From: an uncultured Armatimonadetes bacterium
GTDB lineage: Bacteria > Armatimonadota > Hebobacteria > Hebobacterales > Hebobacteraceae
Direction: 5' to 3'
Length of the DNA: 64,000 bases
NCBI GenBank assembly: GCA_963716175.1
Contig: OY970296.1
Coordinates: 896,001 to 960,000, forward strand
Every line of letters begins with the position of its first letter. Position 1 is the first letter of the stretch. Shown here one piece after another: positions 11,001-18,995 of this stretch. The translations under genes were made by a program, and so were the position numbers. The notes beneath the pieces are model-generated. The model saw only the letters and a program-made list of their open reading frames with translations. It did not search any database and had not been told where the DNA came from.

Positions 11001-12642
11001 TCTGGCCCAGGCCCCGGCCCAAGGCCGACAGGTCGAACGCGGAGAAGTCGGCCTCCAGATCGAACTTATCGGGGAGCGTGATCTTGGCGGAGAATCCGCC
11101 CGCGCCCAGCGGGCCCTCGATCCGGCCGCGGCGCACCAGCAGGCGTTGGTCCGAGTACTCGAAGTCCCCGGAGAGCTGCCCCAGCGCCAGGCCCCGCGCC
11201 ACCGCCTGCTTGATCGCGAAATGGCCCTCCACTGCCCTTCCGTCCAGGCTGGCCGACCCGTTCACCGAGGCGATGCCCGCCAAACCCACATCCCCCAGGC
11301 CCAGCATCTCGGCGAAGGTGCGCACCGGGACATCCACCAGGCTGAAGCTGACCTCCGCCTGTAGCTGCTGTCCCTTGCCCCACCCGATGTCTATGTCTGC
11401 CTCCAGGCGGCGGGGGCTGCCATGCGCGCTCAGGCCCCGCAGCTGCAGCCGACCGCGGGAGTAGGTGAACCTGGTGACTACATCGTGCCAGGGCACCAGG
11501 TGGAACTTCACCACCCGCACCTCCGCCCGGCCCTCTACCTTGATATCGGAGACTGGGCCCTCCGCCCGCGCCGTGATCCGCAGGGGCGCCGGCAGGGCCA
11601 GGGTGGCAGGCATATAGAGCTTCGGCAGCAACTGCTTGAGCTGCTCGAAGCGCAGACCCGTGGCGGTGAGGTCAACGGCCAGCTTCGGGTCCTTCAGGTC
11701 CGATAGCGTCCCGTTCACTGTGACTGGCGCGCCTGCCAGTGTCCCCGCGATATCGTCCAGATGGAGTTTGCCCTCCGCCAGCCGGAGCCGGCCCTTCACC
11801 CCGGTCACCGGCCGGCGCAGCCAGGGGAAAGAGACTTCCACCTCCTCCACCTCGGCATTGACGGTGAACCCGCTCTCCATGGCGGCCGGCGCCTCGGGGC
11901 CGCGAACCAGTTTGCCCTCGATATCGGCGCGGCCTCTGGAGACGGTAAGGGCCTGGATTGCGGGAAGCCTGGCGAAGGCATATCGCAGGTCCAGGTGTGA
12001 GATCTTGCCGGAGACATCCGCCCCGACCCTCGCACCCGACCGGCCGCTCACTTCCAGGGAGGAGAAGGCGTTGTCCGTCCCCTCCCCGCGGACCGAGAAC
12101 TCGACCTGTCCGGGCTCCGGCTGCCTCAGGCGGAGGTCCAGGTTCTCCACCGTGGTGGCGAGGCCGCCGCGGGACTGGTCAACCACCGTCACCCGGCCTC
12201 GTTCCACATAGACATCGCCGGTGAAGCGCGCCGGGGCCCCCGGCTTCCGCTTCAGCAGATCCTCGATATTCCACCGCAGATCCCGGCTGCGGGTCAGTGT
12301 CACCTCTGGCTGGCGAAGCGTGACCGATCGCAGCGCAGTGGAGACCGCGGATAGGGAGAGCAGCGAGGCCGGCCTTCCCAGTCGCACCACGGCCTCCGGC
12401 GCGGACAGCAGCGGAGATCCGTCGCGGTTTCGCACCACCAGGTCGTGCAGCACTACCTGTCCGGTGGCGCTCAGGCTGACGTCGGCAATGGAGACCTGCC
12501 GGCTGGTCTGGCGGGCAAGCTCACTGGCGAGGCTGCTGCGAAGCTGCCGCCGTAGGGGGCCGGCCCGCCACAAGTACAGGATGGCGATGCCTACCACCAG
12601 CAGCAAGGCAAGATACGGCAGCAGTCTGGCCAGTCTGCGCAT
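8029..12642 (-). CDS. tamB: TamB/AsmA-like translocation and assembly module protein
   Basis: 1537 aa with an N-terminal membrane anchor, an AsmA-like start (WNIEDLL), beta-taco-type repeats and a C-terminal beta-rich segment ending in F; adjacent to the Omp85 operon. Confidence 0.8.
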   Translation of the reverse strand: MRRLARLLPYLALLLVVGIAILYLWRAGPLRRQLRSSLASELARQTSRQVSIADVSLSATGQVVLHDLVVRNRDGSPLLSAPEAVVRLGRPASLLSLSAVSTALRSVTLRQPEVTLTRSRDLRWNIEDLLKRKPGAPARFTGDVYVERGRVTVVDQSRGGLATTVENLDLRLRQPEPGQVEFSVRGEGTDNAFSSLEVSGRSGARVGADVSGKISHLDLRYAFARLPAIQALTVSRGRADIEGKLVRGPEAPAAMESGFTVNAEVEEVEVSFPWLRRPVTGVKGRLRLAEGKLHLDDIAGTLAGAPVTVNGTLSDLKDPKLAVDLTATGLRFEQLKQLLPKLYMPATLALPAPLRITARAEGPVSDIKVEGRAEVRVVKFHLVPWHDVVTRFTYSRGRLQLRGLSAHGSPRRLEADIDIGWGKGQQLQAEVSFSLVDVPVRTFAEMLGLGDVGLAGIASVNGSASLDGRAVEGHFAIKQAVARGLALGQLSGDFEYSDQRLLVRRGRIEGPLGAGGFSAKITLPDKFDLEADFSAFDLSALGRGLGQKNVSGLFPASARASGAWREGQAAGRIEVGPGRLQGRALELLSTEFDISQQAARFSAVTLKLARGSYQGELGVTDWRLGERAAVQGRFRIAGADPAEWLPTPYTRLISIGSVDGSAEIAGTVGEPLLQMDLKLTAIGVAGLVLPEAAARVRYQAGAFFVDELTESRTRIVISGSGSAAGLSFEVKGDDLDLAHLTAETQRELGLVITGKAAVRAAITGSWAAPEVSFDLAASAVSVNDLPFDDVAASGQFAGGVLQLKTVTVRQAESTLSAAGTVDLRPGGSGPANLTISLRRVDLSTVQALVYGSLWRLSAAGVPLPRAARHAAIPVAGRLEEANIAISGTTAEPEVRVGLQVDDLVWGEQPIQRVTGDLIWWLRAVDHRGLRLKKVEVTDLRVMQDPAYASIQGEVTPGGEVSLQAEVRNLDLKMLSPWLQYVVDLNGLDLGGKGPEQWLSEHVAGQATVNFDISGSTSRPVLRGDVFLDNPRLGPLHFENVTASPIWVREGVLSIEEIRLRNGPMEAVGQASLPLSSPLALLSPPKGELRVHDGQFAPITDMTPFVFDAQVYLRGNRLLLSQPAAEPGGASRPGVEGKAGSGSFSVQGEVEIRSLSLRHFNENRFRVTVDLNQVDLRLPDLVEGRLNGRLLLVNDPDPVLETARAQPLVFSDATLGLPRGRPTLAEIGPFPFAPDLRVRVAVGERVQFRYGLGSLPTTISLKPGSYLFLGGKPTAAGVVLNGQVESDRGVLSFPNGTLSLRKGTAHISRQAGQTRPRIWITDTEADGRIGDYYVSLSPTGQIYPSTGPEQGQSGEESSELQEWARRVREEAARRARGEAPGVERRRVSRGGEISASPLQWNAVSIPALDEVYIKALLLGPVLAPAVGESNDIAQFLANPRAPSVSAGQVSGFVLPSFVGTSLGLTAVYLETGLGGPTQLRVGERIFRRVLVSYVSPLSGPPQFRSTRITYEITPRWSVGLSSDALDKSRWDLQAFIPF

Positions 12643-12731
12643 AGATCAGCTTCTTGTGCTATCGGCTAATGCTGTGGTATGGGAATGGGCCCAGGCCAGT
12701 GCCAGTCTGCCCCCATCGTCGCCAGCCGGCC

Positions 12732-13583
12732 TCAAGACTCCACCAGCTCCAGCGCATGATAGGAACTGCGCACCAGCGGCCCGCTCAGCACATGCTCGAA
12801 CCCCAGGGAGCGGGCCGCATGTTCATAGCACTGAAAGACCTCCGGCCTGACGTAGTCCACCACTGGCAGATGATCGCGAGTGGGTTGCAGGTACTGCCCG
12901 ATAGTCAGCGCGCTCACCCCCGCCTCCCGCAGGTCCCGAAACACCGCCCTCACCTCGGCCTGGGTCTCGCCCAGCCCGACCATGAGGCCGCTCTTGGTGA
13001 TGATCTGCCCCGACATCCGCCGCGCCTTGCGCAGCACAGCAACAGACCTGCCGTAATCGGCCTGGGGCCGCACCTGGGGATAGAGCCGCGGAACCGTCTC
13101 GACGTTGTGCCCAAACACGTATGGCCCCGCCTCCAGCACCGTCCCCAGGGACTCCTCATCCCCCTGGAAATCCGGCGCCAACACTTCCATCCTCGCCTCT
13201 GGCAGCACCTGCCTGAGCGCAGAGATGGTGGCCGCGAAATGCCCAGCTCCGCCATCTGGCAGGTCGTCACGCGTGACCGATGTGATCACCACGTACCGCA
13301 GGCCCAGGGATCGCGCCGCCTCCGCCACGCGCGCCGGCTCCGAGGGATCGAGAGGCCCCGGTTTCCCGTTATCCACTGCGCAGAAGCGGCAGTCACGCGT
13401 GCAGACATTCCCCATGATCATGAAAGTGGCATGGCCGCGGCCAAAGCACTCCCCTAGGTTCGGGCAGCGCGCGCTCTGGCAGACTGTATAGACACCCAAC
13501 GCCGCCAAGTGACGCCCCAACTTCGCCAGTTGAGGAGCTTTCGGGGCCGCCGGCCTCAGCCAGTCGGGAAGCCGTGACCTCAT
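12732..13583 (-). CDS. lipA: Lipoyl synthase
   Basis: CQSARCPNLGEC auxiliary-cluster motif, CTRDCRFC radical SAM motif, TSVTRDDLPDGG, HNVETV, RSSYHA. Confidence 0.97.
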   Translation of the reverse strand: MRSRLPDWLRPAAPKAPQLAKLGRHLAALGVYTVCQSARCPNLGECFGRGHATFMIMGNVCTRDCRFCAVDNGKPGPLDPSEPARVAEAARSLGLRYVVITSVTRDDLPDGGAGHFAATISALRQVLPEARMEVLAPDFQGDEESLGTVLEAGPYVFGHNVETVPRLYPQVRPQADYGRSVAVLRKARRMSGQIITKSGLMVGLGETQAEVRAVFRDLREAGVSALTIGQYLQPTRDHLPVVDYVRPEVFQCYEHAARSLGFEHVLSGPLVRSSYHALELVES

Positions 13584-14500
13584 CCCCGGGCCGCTCCCGC
13601 AACTGCCCGGCGGGCGAGAGCGCAGCGCGCCAGCCCGGCCCAGGCCACCACCTGCAAGGGCCACAGCGCGATCGCCTGCTTCAACTCGTGGATCGCTTCC
13701 TCGGTCTCACCACCCCGCAGCAGCCCCCGGCCCAGCCGGCAGTGAGCCCAGGCCAGCCGCCGGCAAGCCACCCCTCTTAGTGGGCCTGCCCCCGCCTCCC
13801 GCGCCAGGACCCGCCGCACCACCTCCCCCTCCCAGGCGCGCATCGCCGCCCGGCTCTGGCTCCGCTGCCCGGGGTGCAGCCGGTGGATGGTCAGCGGCGC
13901 CGGAAGCAATGCCAGCTGCCAGCAGGTGGAGACTCGCAGCCACAGGTCCCAGTCCTGCGCCAGCGGGAGCGCTTCGTCGAAGCCACCGGACTCCTCCAGG
14001 CATTCCCGCCTGGCGAGCACACTCGACATGGGCAGGCGGTTGGCCCGGACGAGCGCGGCCTGGGACACCTCCCGCAGCCGCGCTGGCTCCGCCAGGGGCC
14101 GAAGATGGCGCCCAGAGGGCCTGGCGGTGCGCAGCCCATGGGTGCCGAGCACACCCAGGCCAGGGCGATCCAGGAACCAGCGCGCCTGCCAGGCCAGCTT
14201 CTCCGGGTGCCAGAGGTCGTCGTCATCGAGAAAGGCGATGAGCTGCCCCGCGGCCGCCCGCAACCCGGCATTCCGCGCCGCGGCCGGACCCCGACCGGGG
14301 CCGGACAGCACGCGCAGACGCACTGGCGCACACGCAGCCAGTGACCGCAGCGCCTCGGCCGCTCCCCTTCCCCCTGCATCATCCACCACCACCAGCTCCT
14401 CTGGGAGCAGACGCTGGCGCAGCACGCTCCGCGCGGCCGCCACCAGGAACTCCGGTCGCTCCCGGGTGGGAAGGACGACACTGATCGTTGGAAGATCCAC
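13580..14500 (-). CDS. Glycosyltransferase family 2
   Basis: ISVVLPT, VVVDD, AARNAG, IAFLDDDDLW, GGFDE...QDWDLWLR; TPR-like C-terminus. Confidence 0.9.
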   Translation of the reverse strand: MDLPTISVVLPTRERPEFLVAAARSVLRQRLLPEELVVVDDAGGRGAAEALRSLAACAPVRLRVLSGPGRGPAAARNAGLRAAAGQLIAFLDDDDLWHPEKLAWQARWFLDRPGLGVLGTHGLRTARPSGRHLRPLAEPARLREVSQAALVRANRLPMSSVLARRECLEESGGFDEALPLAQDWDLWLRVSTCWQLALLPAPLTIHRLHPGQRSQSRAAMRAWEGEVVRRVLAREAGAGPLRGVACRRLAWAHCRLGRGLLRGGETEEAIHELKQAIALWPLQVVAWAGLARCALARRAVAGAARG

Positions 14501-14533
14501 GGACTGCTCCAGGCCTCCGCAGGGCTAGAGATG

Positions 14534-14563
14534 AGTATAAGTAACGGAAACCAGGGGTGTCAA
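14534..14563 (-). promoter_or_regulatory. Sigma70 promoter for the GT2-lipA-tamB operon
   Basis: Minus strand TTGACA-18 nt-TATACT, about 35 nt upstream of the GT2 start. Confidence 0.7.
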
Positions 14564-14625
14564 CCTGAAGGCGGGCGGGTAACCGTTCAGCCGCCGGTGT
14601 TGGGTCTGTCTTGTGCTGATGTGCA

Positions 14626-15766
14626 GTGAGTTGGTGGCGGGCTGATCGGCTAACTGAGCAGGCTGCTGTAGGGAACGCCCGCGAGCACACCGCTCAGCCC
14701 GGCCAGCAGGAAGGTGGCGACCATGGCTCCGCTTTCGGCTACGACGCCAATGGCAATATGACCAGCGTCTCGGGGCCGCTGGGTGCGTGGACCTTGGTGT
14801 ACGATGACGAGAACCGGCTGGCGTCCGTAGCATATCCCGGCGGAACCGATAGTTTGCTCTACAGTGCCCTGGGCCAGCGCATGAGGGCTAACGTGAATGG
14901 GGGTGTTCTGCGGTATATCTACCATGGAGACCGCGTGCTAGAGCAGACGGACGATGGGGGGAACTTGCTGACCCGGTACGCCACCGCCGGTGGCAGCTAC
15001 TACGACCCGCTACTGGGCTTGGGCTTCAGCGACGGCAGCGTGCGGTACCCGCTCTGGGACCTAATCGGCACCTCGCGGCGGCTGGTGGACGGCTCCGGTG
15101 CCGCCACTGACGCCTACTCCCTGGATGCCTTTGGGCGGCAGATGTACACCTGGGGCAGCACCCCCAACCCCTACCGCTTCGGGGCCGCCTGGGGGTATGT
15201 CACGGACACCCCGGGATCGGGGCTGTTGCAGTTAGGGGCGCGCTTCTATTGGCCGGAGGTGGGGAGGTTCGTGCAGCAGGATCCGATGTTCCGCACAGTC
15301 CACCTCGGGGTACAGCCTCTGGGAGGCTTGGGCCACGCACCGGTGGGCCTGGCCGTCAAGGCCGACCCTTTCCAGGCCAGCGCGTGTGAGCCGCTTCGCC
15401 TTCGCGGGCAATGAGCCGGCCCGTAGCATAGACCCATCGGGCTATTGGTATATCGACATATCGGGCACTTGGGGGGCGATAGGCCCGGCGGGGATAGTCG
15501 GCATCATGATAGGGCCTGACCCTTGTGAGAAGGGCCCTTGGTGGAAGCGATGGTTCCACCCCTACGGAGGAGGCGGCGGGGGGTCTCCAGGACCCGGTGT
15601 TGGGCTCATGTACGGGCCCGGTGATCCCAGTTGCGGATGGTATGCTGCAGGTGCTGGTGGCTACGGGCTGGGCGCTTCGGGAGGTGCTGACCAGAGCTCC
15701 AAGCCGTTCTATGAGTTTGGGCTGAGCACCCCTGGCGCCTTCGCGGGCTACTACTATGTCAGGTGA
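14626..15766 (+). pseudogene. 5'-truncated Rhs core plus C-terminal toxin tip, split by a frameshift
   Basis: YD repeats (YDANGNMTSV, YDDENRL, YSALGQR) and core motif NPYRFG...GLLQLGARFYWPEVGRFVQQDP in frame 14626. It continues in the +1 frame as RFAFAGNEPARSIDPSG (DPxG) plus a ~107-aa Gly-rich tip. No credible start was seen. Confidence 0.85.
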
Positions 15767-16058
15767 CGGCTGCGCAACTCCCTTGGGTACGGGCCTCGCT
15801 GCGGCCTTTTCCTCGCTCTTGTGCTACGCAAGCATACGGTGGCGCAAGCAGCTGGCTGCGATGGCTGTGGAGTATCGGCTCTCGCTGAGGGGTCTGCTCC
15901 CACGCCGGATTCGAGAGCCACTAACGCGCTGGAGCACAGCCCCGGCAGTCATCCGGGCTCAGATGGTTGTGATGATCGTCCTTAGTGGTCTCGTGGCTCT
16001 GTGTTTGTGGCTGATGTTCTTCTCGGATGTCGGGGCCGTCTTGCGAGGCTCGCGCTAG
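15756..16058 (+). CDS. Putative Rhs immunity protein with two hydrophobic helices
   Basis: Overlaps the toxin stop by 11 nt; two hydrophobic segments; resembles the N-half of 18177-18755. Confidence 0.6.
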   Translation: MSGDGCATPLGTGLAAAFSSLLCYASIRWRKQLAAMAVEYRLSLRGLLPRRIREPLTRWSTAPAVIRAQMVVMIVLSGLVALCLWLMFFSDVGAVLRGSR

Positions 16059-16229
16059 GGCATCCCGGACAACCCTGCGGGAAGCGCGAAGCCGGGCGGA
16101 AGCACCTGCCGTCGGTGTGATCTGTGCTACGCGATGGCGGGTTGCCCGGAAGAGCGCGGTAGGCTGTTCGCAAACCGACAGGAACTGCGAGTACACCAAA
16201 CGGGACGCGAAAGCCGGCCAGGGACACCT

Positions 16230-16461
16230 TGTGGTGGTTACTTCGCCGTAGAACCGCCCTAGCCTTGCTCTGAGGGGGTCCTCTGCTGTATCGTGGCCGC
16301 TCATTCTCGCTGGAGGATGCACCCACGTGGAAGCAGCCGGGGCCTCTGTTTGTCTGGTGATGAAGGCAGTGCTGCTGAGTGCCCGCTGGGCGGGACGGAC
16401 ACGACGGCTGGGTCTGGAGCAGGCGGCGAAGGCCGCGGGTGATGGGGCGGAGGTGCAGTCC
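16230..16461 (+). mobile_element. IS-like left-end remnant, copy A
   Basis: Direct repeat of 17845-18077. Begins TGTGGTGGTTAC and encodes ...CLVMKAVLLSARWAGRTRRLGLEQAAK. Confidence 0.55.
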
Positions 16462-16462
16462 A

Positions 16463-16593
16463 ATAGCTTCCTCTACAATGCCCTGGGCCAGCGCATGTGA
16501 GCATGCCTCAACGGGGGCGTCTTACGGTATATCTGCCATGGTGAGCGCGCGCTAGAGCAGACGGACGATGGGGGGAACTTGCTGACCAGTTAC
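16463..16593 (+). pseudogene. Second Rhs core fragment
   Basis: Diverged copy of 14849-14979 (LYNALGQRM*..NGGVLRYICHG.RALEQTDDGGNLLT) with an in-frame TGA. Confidence 0.8.
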
Positions 16594-16744
16594 ATCCCCC
16601 TCTGGTGCACGCTTACGCTCCTGCGGCAGCAGAGCGCTAGGCACGGTAGCGTGAGACACAACTCACGCGCGGGCCAATAGCAGGGCAGCGACGCATGCGA
16701 CAGAGTGCTACGCGTGATGTCTTCCCGCGTAACAGGAGGCGGAC

Positions 16745-17827
16745 ATGGACTGCAGCATCCTTGGGGCGAGACGGAGTGCCCTCGCCGGCCTAGTGTGCCG
16801 GATCGTGTGCGCGGCACTGCTGATGGCGGCGTATATTGGCAGTGGGAAGTCTGCTGGGTCTGGAGACCAACAGCCGGTAACAGAACCCCCTTCCCCGGCC
16901 AGAGCAACCACAGTCTGGCGAACGCCAACTCCACCGACTGACCCGGGGATGAGCGATATCTGGGTCAACCCGACTGATGGCATGGAAATGGTGTACATTC
17001 CACCCGGGGAGTTCCTTCTGGGGTTGAGCAGCAGCCAGATTGATGCCTTGCTCAGGGATGATCCGACGGGCAGTGCTGAAGAACTCAGGGATGCGCAGCC
17101 CCAGTGTGAGGTGCACACAGCGGGTTACTGGATTGGCCGGACAGAAGTGACCAACGGCCAGTACCAGCAGTTTGTCGGTGCTACCGGTCACTCTGTTCCG
17201 AGGCATTGGCAGAACGGCAAGATTCCGGCAGGAACAGAGCGGTTTCCGGTCACCTACGTCAGCCAGGCTGACGCCGAGGCCTATTGCCGGTGGGTAGGCG
17301 GACGATTGCCCACGGAGATCGAATGGGAGAAGGCCGCGCGGGGAACAGATGGACGGCTCTTTCCGTGGGGCAATACTTGGGCTGCTGATCGGTGTCGCAA
17401 CTTCGAGACAACGACCGGGGAGCACATTCCGATGCGCTGGGAGACCTGGCTCCCAGCGCACCAAGCCTGGGAGGCTTCTCACGGGCCGGTCCGCGACGGC
17501 ATAGCGGCCGTCGGCTCTTACCCGGCTGACAAGAGCCCATATGGCTGCATGGACATGGCTGGCAATGTCTCTGAGTGGTGCGCGGGGTGGTATGACGCGA
17601 AGGCGTATCAGCGTTACGCTAGAGGCAATCTCGCCCAAGCCAGGACTGGTAAGCATGTGATGGTGCGTGGTGGCGCCTGGAGCCGGTTCAGCCTTATGTC
17701 CTTCTGCACCGCATACCGCGAACATGGTCCCCCCGATTACTATCGGCTTCACGATACCGGGTTTCGGCATGTTCGAGACGTGGCGGCGGCGTCGCATCCG
17801 GACATGACCCGCGGAAAGAAGCCATAG
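16745..17827 (+). CDS. Formylglycine-generating-enzyme (FGE-sulfatase/SUMF1) family protein, probably exported and non-catalytic
   Basis: MVYIPPGEFLLG, TEVTNGQY, RLPTEIEWEKAARG, DMAGNVSEW, RGGAW, GFR; hydrophobic N-terminus; lacks the paired catalytic cysteines after RGG. Confidence 0.92.
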   Translation: MDCSILGARRSALAGLVCRIVCAALLMAAYIGSGKSAGSGDQQPVTEPPSPARATTVWRTPTPPTDPGMSDIWVNPTDGMEMVYIPPGEFLLGLSSSQIDALLRDDPTGSAEELRDAQPQCEVHTAGYWIGRTEVTNGQYQQFVGATGHSVPRHWQNGKIPAGTERFPVTYVSQADAEAYCRWVGGRLPTEIEWEKAARGTDGRLFPWGNTWAADRCRNFETTTGEHIPMRWETWLPAHQAWEASHGPVRDGIAAVGSYPADKSPYGCMDMAGNVSEWCAGWYDAKAYQRYARGNLAQARTGKHVMVRGGAWSRFSLMSFCTAYREHGPPDYYRLHDTGFRHVRDVAAASHPDMTRGKKP

Positions 17828-17844
17828 CTGCGTTTCGTGCCTGC

Positions 17845-18077
17845 TGTAGCGGTTACTCCCCCGTGGAACCGCCATAGCCTTGCCTTGACCAGCTTTCCCG
17901 GTCTATCGTGGGCAACGCCATCTTGCTGGGGGATGAACCCACGTGGAAGGAGCTGGGACCTGGATCTGCTTGGTAATGAAGGCGGTGCTGCTCAGTGCCC
18001 GATGGGCGGGGCGAAGGAGACGGCTGGGCCTGGAGCAGGAGGCGAAGACTTCGGGTGATGGGGCGCAGGTGCAGGCC
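17845..18077 (+). mobile_element. IS-like left-end remnant, copy B
   Basis: Begins TGTAGCGGTTAC, aligns over ~230 bp with 16230-16461 and breaks off at the same point. Confidence 0.55.
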
Positions 18078-18080
18078 GAG

Positions 18081-18152
18081 AACGGCACCAAGTTCTCGGA
18101 GATAGGGATAGTCTCGCCGGGTTTCTCTGGCGTGAAGTACCATGTCTGGTGA
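18081..18152 (+). pseudogene. Remnant C-terminus of a second Rhs toxin tip
   Basis: GTKFSEIGIVSPGFSGVKYHVW* aligns without gaps to SKPFYEFGLSTPGAFAGYYYVR* (7/22 identical, both ending at a stop). Confidence 0.55.
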
Positions 18153-18176
18153 CCCGAGTTACAGATTGCGACAGGG

Positions 18177-18755
18177 GTGCCGTGCATGTATGCCATGACG
18201 ACGGGGTTAGCCTCTCTCCTCTGTCTGGCCTCGGGCGTCCTGGTCCTTCGATACAGACGCCCGCTGGCCCTCTATCTGGTAGAAGCTTACCGGGATCGTC
18301 GCCAGTCTCTGGGAAAAGCCGGGTGGATCCTTATAGGCGGTTGGATGACCTCAGAGGCGTTCGTGATGTTCGAGGTAATCACCGGAGGCATCCTATGTCT
18401 CGTGGTGGGCGGAATGCTTGCGGCTGAGGCCGTATCCGAGGCCATGGCTTCGCCTCAGTGGCGACCCATCGTAGGGGTACATGCTGGTGAGCCCGGTATC
18501 TCCGCGAGACGTTTCTGGAACATAGCGATGTGCGTTGCGTTCTGGGCACTGGCAGCGTGGACGGCCCGCAGCCATGGTCCGACTGTGCGTCGTCTGAGCC
18601 GGTTCCTTGCCTCGCTTGCGCGCGCGAGTGAGAAGACCAGAGGCATTTGCAGCGACCAAGGCAAACTCGACCTGCTTTCGCAGAGATGCGTTCAGGCAGC
18701 AGTCGCACTGCAGCTGATCCTCGGGGCTGCTTTCCTTGTCATGGCCTTCAGGTGA
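18177..18755 (+). CDS. Putative orphan immunity membrane protein (about 4 TM)
   Basis: Four hydrophobic segments; RYRRPLALYLVEAYR resembles RWRKQLAAMAVEYR of 15756-16058; follows the toxin remnant. Confidence 0.55.
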   Translation: MPCMYAMTTGLASLLCLASGVLVLRYRRPLALYLVEAYRDRRQSLGKAGWILIGGWMTSEAFVMFEVITGGILCLVVGGMLAAEAVSEAMASPQWRPIVGVHAGEPGISARRFWNIAMCVAFWALAAWTARSHGPTVRRLSRFLASLARASEKTRGICSDQGKLDLLSQRCVQAAVALQLILGAAFLVMAFR

Positions 18756-18960
18756 TGTGGCAAACGGCGATGGGACAGCTCTGGATGGCTTCCCAGCCTG
18801 CGTCCAGGGCGGTGCCTGCTTTGTGGATTCAGGGCGACCAGCGGGCAGGCTGTAGCGTTCGGCGCCTTCTTCGGTTACACTGCCGGCATCGATATTGGGA
18901 TTGCCGCGTGCCCAGCCGCATTCTGGCGGGATCGGCGCGTCATATGCTGGCCTCCCCATG

Positions 18961-18989
18961 TTGACTTCCTCAGGGTGAGAGGCTACCGT
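18961..18989 (+). promoter_or_regulatory. Putative sigma70 promoter giving a leaderless mRNA
   Basis: TTGACT-17 nt-TACCGT, with ATG 18996 six nt after the -10 and no Shine-Dalgarno. Confidence 0.4.
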
Positions 18990-18995
18990 AATCAC

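Noticed and set aside
16745-17827. FGE-domain protein as a diversity-generating retroelement target
   Set aside because: No reverse transcriptase and no template repeat differing at adenines was seen in the window; the nearby repeats do not cover its C-terminus. A remote DGR cannot be excluded.
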